From Leucoraja erinacea (lineage: Eukaryota): a DNA stretch of 64,000 bases. The notes under the pieces are model-generated. The model was not told the origin of the DNA and searched no databases. It saw only the letters and a program-made list of their open reading frames with translations. Location: assembly GCF_028641065.1 (NCBI RefSeq), contig NC_073407.1, positions 21,390,001-21,454,000 of the forward strand. The letters are read 5' to 3'. Within the stretch, counting starts at the first letter, position 1, and the number at the start of each line of letters is the position of its first letter. Shown here piece after piece: positions 32,320 through 46,397 of this stretch. Both the position numbers and the translations under genes were made by a program.

Positions 32320-32612
32320 GGCACAGCGGTAGAGTTGCTGCCTTACAGCGCCAGAGACCCGGGTTCGATCCTGACTACGGGTGTTGTCTCTACGGAGTTT
32401 GTACGTTCTCCCCGCCATCTGCGTGGGTTTTCTCCGGGATCCCCGATTTCCTCCCACACTCCAGAGATGTACAGGTATGTAGGTTAATTGGCTTGGTATA
32501 ATAGTAAATTGTCCCCAGTGTGCGTAGGATGGTGTTAGTGTGCGGGAATTGTTGGTCAGCTCAGACTCAGTGGACTGAAGGGCCTGTTTCCGCACTGTAT
32601 CTCTAAAACTTA
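32320..32612 (+). mobile_element. tRNA-derived V-SINE (HE1-like)
   Basis: A box GGCACAGCGG, B box GGTTCGATCC, central GGAGTTTGTACGTTCTCCCC domain, tail CTGTATCTCTAAAACT; other copies at about 8250-8570, 9347-9560, 14612-14805 (-), 34870-35625 (-, split) and 51698-51980. Confidence 0.8.
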
Positions 32613-35140
32613 AAAAAACGAACAATCTGATGGCCAAGTGAGAGTGTGTGGTTGTAATCGAGAGAATCTACCAAAGAATTATAGAAACTCACATCAGGGT
32701 TTGGTTAATGTATCTCCACCTTTTCTTCATAAAAAATAAATGCCTCATTCTCAATTAGCTGTCCGGTTTTTAAAGTAATTATTTATGGAATCCGTGTCCT
32801 TCACTTATCTGAAGAAGGGTCTTGATCTGAAACATCACCAATCCATGTTCTCCAGGGATGCTGCCTGAGCTGCTGAGTTACTCCAGCACTTTGTGTCCTT
32901 TTGTTCATCAGGTGCACTGTTACAGACATGAGGTCTATCAAAGTGGGAAAAGTATCACATATCTTTGGATTTCAGATCTGTGATACCATGACAGAGTGAA
33001 GGGTTGTAAATAAGGAGAGCCATTTAGTGAGGGTGGAACTGAGAGAGACAGCTGCTAACTAATCGGCACTTTCACATCATGTTCTACAAATAGCTGACTA
33101 AATGCTCGTTTATTTTAGTGATGTTCGTCAACCCATCTGGCGGAGATGGTGGTGGGGTTGGAACTGTTTGTTCGTGTGCTTTTGTAATTCCGAGTGTGAA
33201 TATTTCCAGACTCTGCCTGAAGCACCATCAGTGTGTTGTTGTGTTTGTGCAATACCAAGAAATAATTTTGAAGTACATTTTGTGCCGCCATAATCTGATT
33301 GAATAGCGGTGTAGCCTAATGGGGGGGGGGGCTCAAAGTCCTCTTCATGTACCCGATAACAACATGGTGGTATCACCCAGAAAATAACAGTTCTGGACAC
33401 AAATACTGTGGCTCCAATGGTAGATTAGTGACTGGAAGAGGATGTCACTTGTGGCTCTCCGAGCTCTCAATTCCTTTCACGTGGCCTGCTGGGTGTGGAC
33501 TTGTCCAACACGGATTCCTGATCCCAGGAATGATTGGGTTAACACATGATGAGTATTTGATGGCACTGGGCCTGTACGCGCTGGAGTTAGAAAGATGAGG
33601 GAGGAACCTCATTAAAATTTACCAATTAGTGAAAGGCCTGTATAGAGTGGATTAGTATGGGATTATGGTGAAGAATGTAGGAGAATGGGATTGAGAGGGA
33701 AAGATAGATCAGCCATGATTGAATGGCAGAGTAGACTTGATGGGCAGAATGGCCAAATTCTGCTCCTATTATTTATGAACATGAATGTGTACAGCTTCAT
33801 AGTCAAGAAGCTCAAGTCCAAGATAGGATGCCTGCTTGATACTATACTACGCCTTAACTGGTTGTTTCCTCCGCCAATAATACACTATACGTGCAGGGGT
33901 CTGAGGAGCAAGTTGCCAAGATTTCTTCAACAAACATTGTCACCTCGAAGCACAAGAGAAGTAGATATACGGGATACCACCACCTTCAATTTCCTCACCA
34001 AGTCACCCGCTGTATTAAGAAACATATTGTCCTTCCTTCATCATTGCTAGGTCAGAATGTTTGAGCTCTGATACTGGAGCAGTGCAGTGGCCCAAGAAGG
34101 GCCTCCAGGGGCTTCACTGGCATCTTCTCAAAGGCAACAAATGTTGGTCTTGCTAGGAAAGTCACCTATCCAATATGAAGTTACCAAAAGGCCAGAAGCT
34201 TATGTGGGATCAAATCCGATACCCAAGGTTGTGAACAGTCAGGTATATGTTAACTTCCAGAGGGAGGGAGTGATGGTGCGTGAGAGCTGTAGGTTGTCAG
34301 GACAGATGTTTTCAGATGATTTTGTGGAAGGTATTGATAAAGAAGAAACAAGAAAGGACCAAGATAACTGTGAGAATTGGACATGCAACTGTTTCAGCTG
34401 AGCCATGGACTAGATGGATAAGAATGGAATCAGGTGAGGTTGTGGTCTCGCCCCAGAGGACAATGGTGTAGAGGCATTAAGGGAGGAGGAAGTGCTCGAC
34501 CCCTTGAAGCTTGCTGGGTTTGGTCACAGACGTCATTAATTACTTTGATAACTAAGAGCCCTTTCTGAAGTATGGAACCTGTTTGGAAGGATTCAAACAC
34601 ATAATTGTGGGAATGAACGGAGTTTGGAAACAGGACAGAAATTTGCAGGGATAGGAGGTATAAAAGTGCAATCTGAACTGCGGAATTTTTATCAGTCTGT
34701 TTTGGTCATTTATAGATTCATACAGCATAGTACAGGCCCTTCAGCACAATTTGTCCATGCCGACCAAGATGCCCCATCTAAGCTAGTTCCATTTGCCCGC
34801 CTTAGGCCCATATTCCTTTAAACCTTTTCCACCCATGTACCTGTCCAAGTGTCTTTTAAATGCTATTATAGTTTAGTTTAGTTTAGCGATACAGCGCGGA
34901 AACAGGCTCTTTGGCCCACCGGGTCCATGCTGACCAGCGATCCCCGCATATTAACACTATCCTACATACACTAGAATTACCAAGCCAATTAACGTCTTTG
35001 GAGTGTGGAGGGGAAACGGCAGATTTTGGAGAAAACCCCATATGTGTGAGAAAGAACTGCAGATGTTAGTTAAAATTGAAGGTAGACACAAAATGCTGGC
35101 GTAGCTCAGCGGGTGTGGCAGCATCTTTGGAGTGAAGGAA

Positions 35141-35490
35141 TTCAACTCACCCTCCCATTCCCAATCTGACCTTCCTGTCCTGGGCCTCCTCCATTGTCAG
35201 AGTGAGGCCCAGTGCAAATTGGAGGAACAGCACCTCATATTTTGCTTGGGTAGTTTGCACCCCAGCAGTATGAACATTGACTTCTCTAACTTCAGATAGC
35301 CCTTGCTTTCTCTCTCCATCCCCTTCCCCTTCCCAGTTCTCCCACCAGTCTTACTGCATTCTATCTTTGTCCCGCCCCCTCCCCTGACATCAGTCTGAAG
35401 AAGGGTCTCGACCCGAAACGTCGCCCATTCCTTCTCTCTAGAGATGCTGCCTCACCCGCTGAGTTACTCCAGCATTTTGTGTCTATCTTC
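35141..35490 (+). mobile_element. Penelope-like element 3' end (endonuclease C-terminus plus pLTR with minimal hammerhead core), nested in a V-SINE
   Basis: FNSPSHSQSDLPVLGLLHCQSEAQCKLEEQHLIFCLGSLHPSSMNIDFSNFR*, then CTGAAGAAGGGTCTCGACCCGAAACGTC at 35395-35422. Confidence 0.8.
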
Positions 35491-38400
35491 GGAGAAAACC
35501 CACACGGGTCACGGGGAGAACGTACAAACTCCGTACAGCCAGCACCCGTAATCAGGGTCAAACCCGGGTCACTCGCGCTGTATTCGCTGTAAGGCAGCAA
35601 CTCTACCGCTGCGCCACCGTGTCGCCCAGCAGTAGCAGTAGTGACTGCCTCAACTACCTCCTCCAACAGCTCATTCCATATACCCACTGTATGAAAATGT
35701 TGCCCCTCAGGTTCCTATTAATTTTGCATTTCTCATCTTATACCAATGACCTCCGGTTCTTGATTCCCCTAATCTGAGTAAAAGACTACATACATTCACC
35801 CTATATATTCCCCTCAAGACTATACAGCTCTATAATATCACCCCTCAGCCTCCTGCACTCCAGGCAATTAAAAAAACTAGCCTGCCCAACCTATCCCGAT
35901 AGCTCAAGACCTTGAGTCCTGCCCACATTCGTGTAAATCTTTTCTGCACTCTGTGTCATACAACTGAAGGACTGAACAAACTGCAGGGGTCAAAGGAATA
36001 AGCTGGGGTCTCGGAGACCACCTGGAGGATCGAAGGCTATTGGCAGTCAAACTACGTCTACAAGAAGATCACACTCACCTTCAATGATGCAGAGGAAGAA
36101 CACCTCCCGGGTGACAGCCCAGAATATTTTTTTAATGCAACATCTTTAGCATCAATCAGGGTCTCATCAGCAATGCAGCTAAACGCAAATAACATGAATC
36201 AGCTGCTGCTATTTCCATCTCTGATTTGGATATCCTGTCTTGTACGTATGTGAAACTGCAGGTAGTAAAATCTCCTGTGGAGACGAATCCTCATTACCCT
36301 TGCAAGCAATGACCATCTGCAAAGTTGACAGAGGATAGAAGGCATCCGGATGATAATGCAAGATTAGACCGAGATATCCATAAGTGAAAAGAAGCTTACT
36401 GTTTCTCTAAACAAGCACATTTAATTCCCTAACAAACAATGAAGTGTGAAAGGTTGATTTGAGGATACGATAGTTATCTGCTCTTAGTGGCAAACATGAA
36501 AAGTTAACCTCTCCAGTGAAATTCACAGAATGTGTATAATTGGAGGTTTGTATAATTATGGCATAAATACATCGCAAGAATAACTGGGTGTATTTAAAGG
36601 GAATGTGTTAAAATATTAAACAGAGTCAGACTGAATGAGATCCCATGGTGAAACAGTGGAGGGGACTGAAGCCAATTGCAGTATGAGCTATAAGCAGCTT
36701 TCTCACAGACATGCGTGACTAACCCTGGACTATATGACTCAGTGCCGAACCAGATGCTATCTTTAATTAGTAAATCATTAGATCATGAATACATTGTTCC
36801 CAAATGAGCGCGATAACATGTACGTAATAGCAAGTTATAGCTGGGACCGACTAAAGCTGCTGAAATCGTGGCCTGCTCCCACACTATATTTGTTCACATC
36901 AATTAAGGTAGCGTTCATCTTCTCACATTCACACCTCCAGTTACAGCAAGTTGGTTCTTCCCGCCCGGCCTTGCTTCCGATTTACTCTTCACTGGATTCC
37001 AAGCCAGATAGGAAAGTTAGAGTGCCTGTGGCAAGTGACAGATAAATTGGAATCTCCCTGGCATGTCCAGGAACAACATTTAACAGAGGACTGCTGCATC
37101 AGTATAATGCCCATAACAAAGGTACAGTGAACTGTAGATGCCAACATCTTGAGTAAAAAGCACAAAATGCTGGAGTAACTCGGTAGATCAGGCAGCATCT
37201 CTAGAGGACATGGATAGGTGATGTTTTGGGTTGGAATCCTTCTTCAGAATTTGTGTTATTTTCTACAATGTTAAAACCATTCTTTCTGACTTGACAGCAT
37301 CTCTGCATTCAACGTCGACATAGAAAATAGGTGCAGGAGTAGACCATTCAGCCTTTTGGGCCAGCACCACCATTCATTATGATCATGGCTGATCATCCAA
37401 AATCAGTACCCCGTTCCTGCTTTTTCCCATATCCCTTGATTCCTTTAGCCCTAAGAGCTAAATATAACTCTCTTGAAAACATCCAGGGAATTGGCCTCCA
37501 CTGCCTTCTGTGGCAGAGAATTCCACAGATTCACAACTCTCTGGGTGAAAAAGTTTTTCCTCATCTCGGTTCTAACTGGCCTGAGCCTTATTCTTAAACT
37601 GTGATCCTGATTCTGATCTCCCCCAACATCAGGAACATTTTGCCTGCATCTAGCCTGTCCAATCCCTTAAGAATGTTATATGTTTCTATAAGATCCCCTC
37701 TCAACCTTCTAAATTCCAGTGAACACCATCCCAGCCGACCCATTCTTTGATCATATGTCAGTCCCGCCATCCCGGGAATTGCAAGTTATTCAGTGTCGGT
37801 CCACCTGACAGATGTTGTAAATATTACGTTCCCTCTGTTGTAACACGAGGCATTCAGATTGAGTTTTGGACAGAAATGGTCAAGCTAATCAAGGTTTGAT
37901 CTTACCAGTGTAGGAAGGAACTGCAGATGCTGATTTATACCAAAGATAAGACACAAAATGCTGGAGTAACTCAGCGGATCAGACAGCATCTCTGGTGAAA
38001 AGGAATAGGTGATGTTTCGGTGTCTGAAGAAGGGTTCCAACCCGAAACGTCACCTATTCCTTTTCTCCAGAGATGCTGCCTGACCCAGAGTTACTCCAGC
38101 ATTTTGTGTCTATCTTTGATCTTACCAGACTGAATGCAAGTGCTTTAGCTTTTCTGTGTAACCTGAATGCAAGTGCTTGATGTGGTCTGATCCAAAGTAC
38201 ATACCACCTTCTGAGCTGGTCTATAGCTGTGACTTTCACATTCTGCTGAGTAGGCTAAGCAGCTAAATCCACCAGCTGTCTTGATTACTGCTCTTCATGG
38301 TTTGGATCTGCATAATGACAAGTCTCTATGAAGATTTAAAATTATTTTATGGCTTTTTTTCCTTTCAACTCCTTTCACTACATTGTTTTTCTCACTGTGC

Positions 38401-41339
38401 ATCTATGCCATGATTATACAAACCAGAGCAAACAGAGAAAATTAATTAGCAAAGTGTAAGCAAGAATTTAATTGTCCTATCTGGGACACATAACAATAAA
38501 CTCTCTTGACTTGACATGCCCTGATTGTTCTCCAGATGTATGGGTTTATATGGAGAGGGAGAGTTGGCTCCATTTCTTTCCTGGGATTGAATTAGTGTGG
38601 TCACATAAAGAGCAGTCATTCGAATAAGGCACTGTAGATCATGCAACATCTGTGAAAGTGTGCTGTAAAGGGATTCATGTAACAAATGCTTCCCAACGTA
38701 AATTGATGCATAGAACTAAAATGTCAGGCGTGTTATCTGGCTCAATTTTCCATTATGGTTTCTTTGCTTATAATCCAATTCTGTTTGATGGCCAGCAAGA
38801 GAAATAAAAATGTCTTTATCAACCTGACTACTGCTGTGAGTAACACTAGATTCCCTTGAAAGAGAAAACTGAAAATTTCTTCATATACAGCAATAGAGAG
38901 AAAGGGAGAATGGGACGAGTTGAAAATGAGAGATACGATAGGGGCCGCTTAAGAGGCTTTTAGATAGGCACATGGATATGCAGGCACTAGAGGGATATGA
39001 ATCACGTGCATAAGATCAAGTTAACATGATTTTTTTACCCCACTGCCATAAAAGCACTAAATGTAGCCGCCAAGGAACGCAGGGGCGATACAGACTAAGG
39101 GACTGTGGTAACGGTGAAATCGACAGAAGGATGGAGGGTTGGGTGTGTATGCGTGCTTTGTCTGTGATATTTATTTATTTGCTTATCTTTATTATTTTAC
39201 CGTGGATGTTTCGTTAGCTTTAGAAATGTTTGAATGCTGCACTGACTGGCTGACATTTTAAATTTCGTTGTACATGGCCCATGTTACAATGACAATAAAG
39301 AAACTATTCTATTCATGGTGTCGTGTTCGGCATGGATATTATGGGCCAAAGGGCCTGTTCCTGTGCTGTCCTGTTCTATTGTTCGAGGGAACTGCAGATG
39401 CTCGTTTAAACCAAGGTTAGACCACAAAATGCCGGAGTAACTCAGCAGGACAGGTGGTATCACTGGATAGAAGGTCAAGACTCGACCCAAAACGTCACCC
39501 ATTCCTTCTATCCAGAGATGCCAATTGTCCCGCTGAGTTACTCCAGCGTTTTGTGTCTGTACTATTTTATTTTCTATGAGTGAAGAAAAGAGTAGGGACG
39601 GGGAAGATGACTGAGGAAGAGAGTGGAGATAGGTGAGTAAAAGAGAAACAGTAGATTGTTAGTGTGAGATCTGGGGAAAGTGTGGGGGTTACAGGAGTGC
39701 GGAGAGAACAAAGACAAAACAAGAATGAATGAATGATATCCATGACCTGGTGTTCCCAGCCAAAGAGTCAAGAAAGAATAACCAACATCACAAGTTTCAG
39801 AATGTGCTATTTATTAGATAATTGCCAAGAAGATGTGGAACTGTATAATTTAAATATTTTCACATAATTTGTTAAAAAGTATGTGCATCAGTAATACCCC
39901 TCAGACAAAAACGGAGGAGAAATTTCAATATCACATGAAAATTTTACAAAACGGAAAAATTATTTGGCAAAATATACAGCAAAAAATGACCAAAAAAAGG
40001 ATTAAAAACACAAAAGTTAAACAATGTTCTTTTCTCTCTGCATCACCAATGAAGCGCACTAAAGTATATTAGAAGGATTTTGTTAGTAGGCATTTAATTC
40101 AAAAGCCTGTGCTTATGATTCAGTGAATGATTTCAAATAGTTTTTTACAAGAATGATTCCAGGAATGAGTGGTTTAGCATATGATGAGCGTTTGACAGCA
40201 CTGGGCCTTTACTCGCTGGAGTTTAGAAGGTGACCTGATTGAAACTTACAGAATAATGAAAGACATGGATAGAGTGGATGTGGAAAGGATGTTTCCACTG
40301 GTGGGAGTCTTGGACCAGAGGTCAGAGCCTCATAATTAAAGGGCACTCTTTTTAAAAAAAGTTGGTGAGGAGGAACTTCTTTAGTTAGAGGATAGATAAT
40401 TTGTGGAACTCATTGCCACAGAGGGCTGTGGATGCCAAGTCAGTAGATGTTTTTGAGGCAGAGATAGACAAGTTCTTGATTAGAACGGGTGTCAAGGGTT
40501 ATAGGGAGAAGGCAGGATAATGGGATTAAGTGGCAGAGATCAGCCAGGATTGAATGGTGGAGAAGACTCGATGGGCCGAATGGCCTAATTCTACTCCGAG
40601 AACTTGTGAACTCCCACCGAGCCAGCAGGAGAATTTAAATGGAGTTAGTTAAGTCCGGTGGAATCCCATCTCCACTCTAAGAATACGTTCCATAGCAAAA
40701 CTAAATAGGATAGACTCTAAACAGCAGACCATCTTCTGCAGTCTTGCCACCAGACCTGCCCGACAAGACCTTGGGAGCAGATAGTTTACACGCGGATGTT
40801 CCAAAACTCGATGCAGAAGAACGTCAGTCACAAGTCCACAACTTTATCTTCCACATCTGAGAAAAGCAGGAAATGTCAGCAATCTTAGTGAAACTCAGCG
40901 GGTGCAGCAGCATCTATGGAGCGAAGGAAATAGGCAACGTTTCGGGCTGAAACGTTGCCTATTTCTTTCGCTCCATTGATGCTGCTGCACCCGCTGAGTT
41001 TCTCCAGCATTTTTGTCTAACTTCCATTTTCCAGCATCTGCAGTTCCTTCTTAAAGCAATCTTAGAGATGTGTTAATGTGACCTTCCTCAAAGAAGGAGA
41101 CATATCCAATTGCGTTACTACTTTAACCAGGACCTCCTTGTTGTCAGCCAAGGTCCTCCTCAGCCGCTCCTCCCATTGACACAGGGACACAGCACACTTT
41201 CTCCTCAAGCCTAAGAAAAGTGACGGCCTTGTTCCACCTCACTTAACACGTGGGAATACATCGACTGGGAAGAACTGCAGAACATTCTCCTCTGATCTGG
41301 CTGCCTGCAGACATTCTGTATAAGAATTACATTTGTTGC

Positions 41340-41720
41340 ATGATGGATGGCCTGACCATTTGCATTCGCATCTGATCCAATCATTGCAATCCAGTATCAA
41401 GCAAGGCTGTGTAATTACTCTCGACTTGATCTTCATGTTTTCTCATCATCGTGGGTGCATCTCAACTGCATGAGTGCAGTTACTCTGCAAACTAATAGGA
41501 AACTGTTTTATTTACTGCATCCTCTCTCCGGAACCAAGGTCAGAGCAAACACAACACCAGCTGCAGTTTGCAGGTGATGCTTGTGTATTTGTGCATTCAG
41601 AGACCAAGTCGTGGAGTGTACAACAGGATGAGGTTTACACTCAACATCTGCAAAACCAAAAGGCCTTCTAGACCAGGATTGACTACAGCAGGTACTGAAG
41701 ACCTCGCATCACATTAAACA
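41340..41720 (+). mobile_element. Old RTE-clade LINE RT fragment
   Basis: Eroded motifs LLHDG, KQGCVI, LQFAGDACVFVHSE. Confidence 0.5.
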
Positions 41721-42742
41721 GCTGGAGGATTTTACTTTGGTTAATTCGTGAAATCCCTTCTTCACCAAGAGAACATGTTCCGTCATGTAATGTGGCACTA
41801 CCACTTCCCTAACCAGGATAGATTCAGTGACTCTGTGTTCAGCACCTGTGAGGAGCTGGGGGCAAGCAAGGATCGTGTGAATTTGGGTGTCAGAATGGCA
41901 GCAGAGCTCAGGGGAATCTGGAAATGCACCAAAACTTGGAAAGCTGTGCAACAGAATTGTCAAGCATGACACCGTCACTCAATCAATCATACCATTCAAT
42001 ATAGACACAAAAAGCTGGAGTAACTCAGCGGGACAGGCAGCTTCTCTGGAGAGAAGGAATGGGTGACGTTTCGGGTTGAGATCCTTCTTGTTCAATATCC
42101 CAGACTTCTCCGTAACCATCCCTTTCTCACTGGCTCAACATACTCATCACAACTCAGACAAACTCACGTGAGTGTGCTTTGGGACTCATCAAGTGTTAAT
42201 TGTGGGTGAGGTAATCTATGCAGATTATCACCTACTATTCCTGCCCAGGTAGATGAATCAGTGCCCATCACATATGAATATCACCGGGTATAAAAGGTAC
42301 CCGGGGTGGGGGTGGGGATGGCATGGAGTGGAAGGGGTGTCCCATCCTGGAGTTCCTTTCCAAATGGTCATGTCCAGCAGGACATGGCTGCTGAGTAACT
42401 TCAGGAAAACGACACACAAACAAAATCAACTTGACTTTGACCGCAGAACATCCATCCACAAAAAAAAAAAATTGGTAAGACTGATCAATGCATTGAATTT
42501 GCCTTCACATGGCTATGCTGTGGGATTCAACCACTGCATTTTGTTGAGGAGATTCAGAGTAAAACTGGTAATTTAAAACTGGGCATGTAATAGCTGCTCT
42601 GGGACACAATCACAGTAGAACTGTTTTCCACCACAGTCTGCAAATTCATGGCCCAGTAGGTCCTCATTACTGTTGAGGTGGGACACAACTCAATGAAGAC
42701 TGCAGAAGAGCAAATCTCTAAAGGTGTTGCCTTATAAAGTCC

Positions 42743-43054
42743 TCCCACCGTACAAGTTCATTCCAAGAGCTCTCCCGAGTTAAAATAAAAAATCAAACTC
42801 GTGGTAAGCACGGAGAATGAACGTAGCGGGTACGTCGGAGCTCGGGGACGTCTCTTCTTAACGCTAACGGCAGGTACTCGGGAAGACTCGCTAACGGCAG
42901 GTAAGCACGGGAAGACTTGTGAAGATTTTTCAACATGATGAAAAATGTCCACGAGAGCCCCGAGTACCGACGAGTGGCCATTACCGTAAATCTCCGAGTT
43001 CGAATCAGGGCAAACTCGGGAGAGCTCTTGGAATGAACTCGTACCGTGGGACAG
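42743..43054. mobile_element. Palindromic MITE (PIF/Harbinger-like), same family as 45688-46014
   Basis: Long TIRs ...GTTCATTCCAAGAGCTCTCCCGAG; interior is homologous to the 45688 copy. Confidence 0.75.
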
Positions 43055-43870
43055 AGTTACCATCACATTCTCAAGGACAATTCGGAATAGATAATAAACG
43101 CTGGTCTTGCTGGCAACATCTCCTGTAAATCATCACTTGACATTAGACTTAGTATTTAGACATAAATGAATGTTGTGGAAGACAAGATACTAATGTTGCT
43201 GGTAACAATTTGCCTCACCTCTCCAAAACTGGCCCCCATCACCAATAACTGCCTTACGAACAACAGTACTTCATCTCACTTCAAAATGAGGTCTCTGGAT
43301 CAGCAAAAATTTTCAGGAGGTACAATTTTTTTTTGCAATTTCCTACACTGTACTGGTTGACAAATCCTGGCACAAAATGATATTACAGTTTTATTTTGAA
43401 AAAGGTTATGTTTTATAAAATCAATTGCACAATCATTTCCTGAATCTACACGAGAAAGTAGTTTCTGATTCTCTGGTTTGTCAAATATAATCAGTGCAAC
43501 ATCATCTCAACCAAGATCCAATGCAGATAGATTTTTCTTTAAAAGTATTTCCTGTTGCATACCAGAAATCTCCCCAAGATAAGTTTAGAAGTCAATTTTT
43601 TTTAATACTCTCACGGTGACTTGGTAATTTGGGTATCTGAAGTTGCTAATTGTCTCCTTGATTAAGAGAAACTGCTTTCTCTATTGTGTTACAATGCACA
43701 GCTGGAACACCCAACACTATTTCACTCAGTTGACTTCTTTAAAAATAAAACAACTTAAAAATTACATTAATAATGAAAGCCCGAACAAAAATGTCAAAAA
43801 ACAGTTTGCTTCCTCCTTTAATAATTAAGTTAAGATGTACAAACCCAAATGATAGTTTGAGAAAAAGTTA

Positions 43871-45484
43871 CAGTGCCCTCCATAATATTTGGGACAAAGA
43901 CCCATCATTTATTTATTTGCCTCTGTACTCCACAATTTGAAATTTGTAATAGAAAAAAAAATCACATGTGATTAAAGTGCACATGGTCAGATTTTATTAA
44001 AGACCATTTGTTTTCATTTTGGTTTCACCATGTGGAGATTACAACTGCGTTTTGTACATAGTCCCCCCCCCACCATTTCAGGGCACCATAATGTTTGGGA
44101 CACATGGCTTCACAGGCGTTTATAATTGCTCAGGTGTGTTTAAATGCCTCCTTAATGCAGGTGTAAGAGAGCTCTCAGCACCTAGTCTTTCCTCCAGTCT
44201 TTCCATCACATTTGGAAACTTTTATTGCTGTTTATCAACATGAGGACCAAAGTTGACCCAATGAAAGTCAAATAAGCCATTATGAGACTGAGAAAAAAAG
44301 CATAAAACTGTTAGGGACATTGGTCAAACCTCAGGCTTACCCAAATCAACTATATTGGAACACCATTGGAACACTGGTGAGTTTACTAATCACAAAGGGA
44401 CTGGCAGGCCAAGGAAGACCTCCACAGCTGATGACAGAAGGATTCTCTCTATAATAAAGAAAAATCCCCAAACACCTGTCCAACAGATTAGGAGTCAGGT
44501 GTGGATTTGTCAATGACCACTGTCTGCAGAAGACTTCATGAACAGAAATACAGAAGCTACACTGCAAGATGCAAACCACTGGTTAGCTGCAAAAATACGA
44601 TGACCAGGTTACAGTTTGTTAAGAAGTACTTAAAAGAGCAACCACAGTTCTGGAAAAAGTTCTTGTGGACAGATGAGACGAAGATTAACTTATATCAGCG
44701 TGATGGCAAGAGCAAAGTATGGAGGTGAGAAGGAACTGCCCAAGATCCAAAGCACCTCATCTGCGAAACGTGGTGGGGGTGTTATGGCCTGGGCATGTAT
44801 GGCTGCTGAAGGTATTGGCTCACTTATCTTCATTGATGATACAACTGCTGATGGTAGTAGCATAATGAACTCTGAAGTGTATAGACACATCCTATCTGCT
44901 CAAGTTCAAACAAATGCCTCAAAACTCATTGGTCGGCGGTTCATTGTACAGCAAGACAATGATCCCAAACATACTGCTAAAGCAACAAAGGAGTTTTTCA
45001 AAGCTAAAAAATGGCCAATTCTTGTGTGGCCAAGTCAATCACCCGATCTGAACCCAATTGAGCATGCCTTTTATATGCTGTAGAGAAAACTGAAGGGGAC
45101 TAGCCCCCAAAACAAGCATAAGCTAAAGATGGCTGCAATACAGGCCTGGCAGAGCATCACCAGAGAAGACACCCAGCAACGGGTGATGTCCATGAATCGC
45201 AGACTTCAAGCAGACATTGCACGCAAAGGATATGCAACAAAATACTAAACGTGACTACTTTCATTTGCAAGACATTGCTGTGTCCCAAACATTATGGTGC
45301 CCTGAAATGGGGGTGACTATGTATAAACATTAATTTCTACATGGTGAAACCAAAATGTATAAAAATGGCCTTTATTAGAATTTGACCACATGTGATTTTT
45401 TTCTATTACAAATCCCAAATTGTGGAGTACAGAGTCCAATAAATAAATGATGGGTCTTTGTCACAAACATTATGGAGGACACTG
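43871..45484 (+). mobile_element. Full-length but inactivated Tc1-like DNA transposon
   Basis: TA TSDs and long TIRs starting CAGTGCCCTCCATAAT. Transposase from about 44240 with stops and frameshifts: LWTDETKINLY, GGGVMAWACM, QQDNDPKHTAK...WPSQSPDLNPIE (DD34E). Confidence 0.93.
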
Positions 45485-45687
45485 TATAAGCATAAATCCT
45501 ATTCCAATTGAAAGCAATTGTTACCAGCTGCAAACGACTGGCTGAGGGGGGAGTCACCCTGCTAATGGTTACTTAAATTCCAGACCTAAATGCACCCAAT
45601 CTGGTATGAGAACTGGCAACTGTGAGATGAGAATTTGGAAGACAATCACATTACCGAGCAGAGTTGGGAGTTGCTAATATGTTTGAT

Positions 45688-46014
45688 GGCCCTGTCCCAC
45701 TGTACGAGTTCATTCAAGAGCTCTCCCGAGTTTTAAAAAAATCAAACTCGTGGTAAGCACGTAGAATGAACGTAGCAGGTACGTCAGAGCTCGGGGACGT
45801 CTCTCAACGGCTCGTAACACTAACGGCAGGTACTCGGGAAGACTCGCTAATGGCAGGTAAGCTCGGGAAGACTCGAGGAAGATTTTTCAACATGTTGAAA
45901 AATGTTCACGAGAGCCCCGAGTACTTACGTGCGGCAATTATCGTAAATCTCCGAGTTCGAATCAGGGCAAACTCGGGGAGAACTCTTGAATGAACTCGTA
46001 CAGTGGGACAGGGC
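45688..46014. mobile_element. Palindromic MITE (PIF/Harbinger-like)
   Basis: TIRs GGCCCTGTCCCACTGTACGAGTTCATTCAAGAG / reverse complement. Confidence 0.8.
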
Positions 46015-46343
46015 TTTAAGGCTAAGCGCTGGGAAAAGGAGAGAGGTGCGCTATTTTTCACTTGGTGTTACTGTACCTGACTTGCTTAACCATTTAATTT
46101 TCTCTAACTTCAATGAACAAATGCAAAATTAAATCGCCCTCCTGGCATCCTGAGTCACACGCTACCAATTTACCAATTAAACAGCATTGGTTAAGATTCT
46201 TGGCAGCAATCATTTAAAATAAAATGAATGCAAAAAAAAAAAAGATCAGGTACCTTCTGCAGGGATGCGTGCAAGTGAGTTCAGTTTACTGTACACATTT
46301 TCTGTTCCAAATACATATCTTCACTTCAATTCAAAGCAATATC

Positions 46344-46397
46344 GGGGTGGGAGATTGCAACCTTCATGTGGTCCGCCCTGTTTCGACAAATGCAATC
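46344..46397 (+). ncRNA. Predicted minimal HDV-like self-cleaving ribozyme
   Basis: P1 GGGGTGG/CCGCCCT (G1-U wobble), P2 GATTGCA/TGCAATC, P3 ACC/GGT, L3 TTCATGT, 1-bp P1.1, tiny P4 T-TTCG-A, J4/2 CAAA with candidate catalytic C46387. Confidence 0.75.

Noticed and set aside
32320-32400. tRNA-like sequences (also 51700, 35560, 14760)
   Set aside because: They are heads of V-SINEs running on into the SINE body, not stand-alone tRNA genes.
33100-33420. Overlapping ORFs as PIERCE1 or SURF2 exons
   Set aside because: No recognisable motifs and no convincing splice-site pair.
36075-36260. Possible minus-strand exon ending at a strong AG|GTGAGT donor
   Set aside because: No coding signal or partner exon identified; a lncRNA exon cannot be supported from sequence alone.
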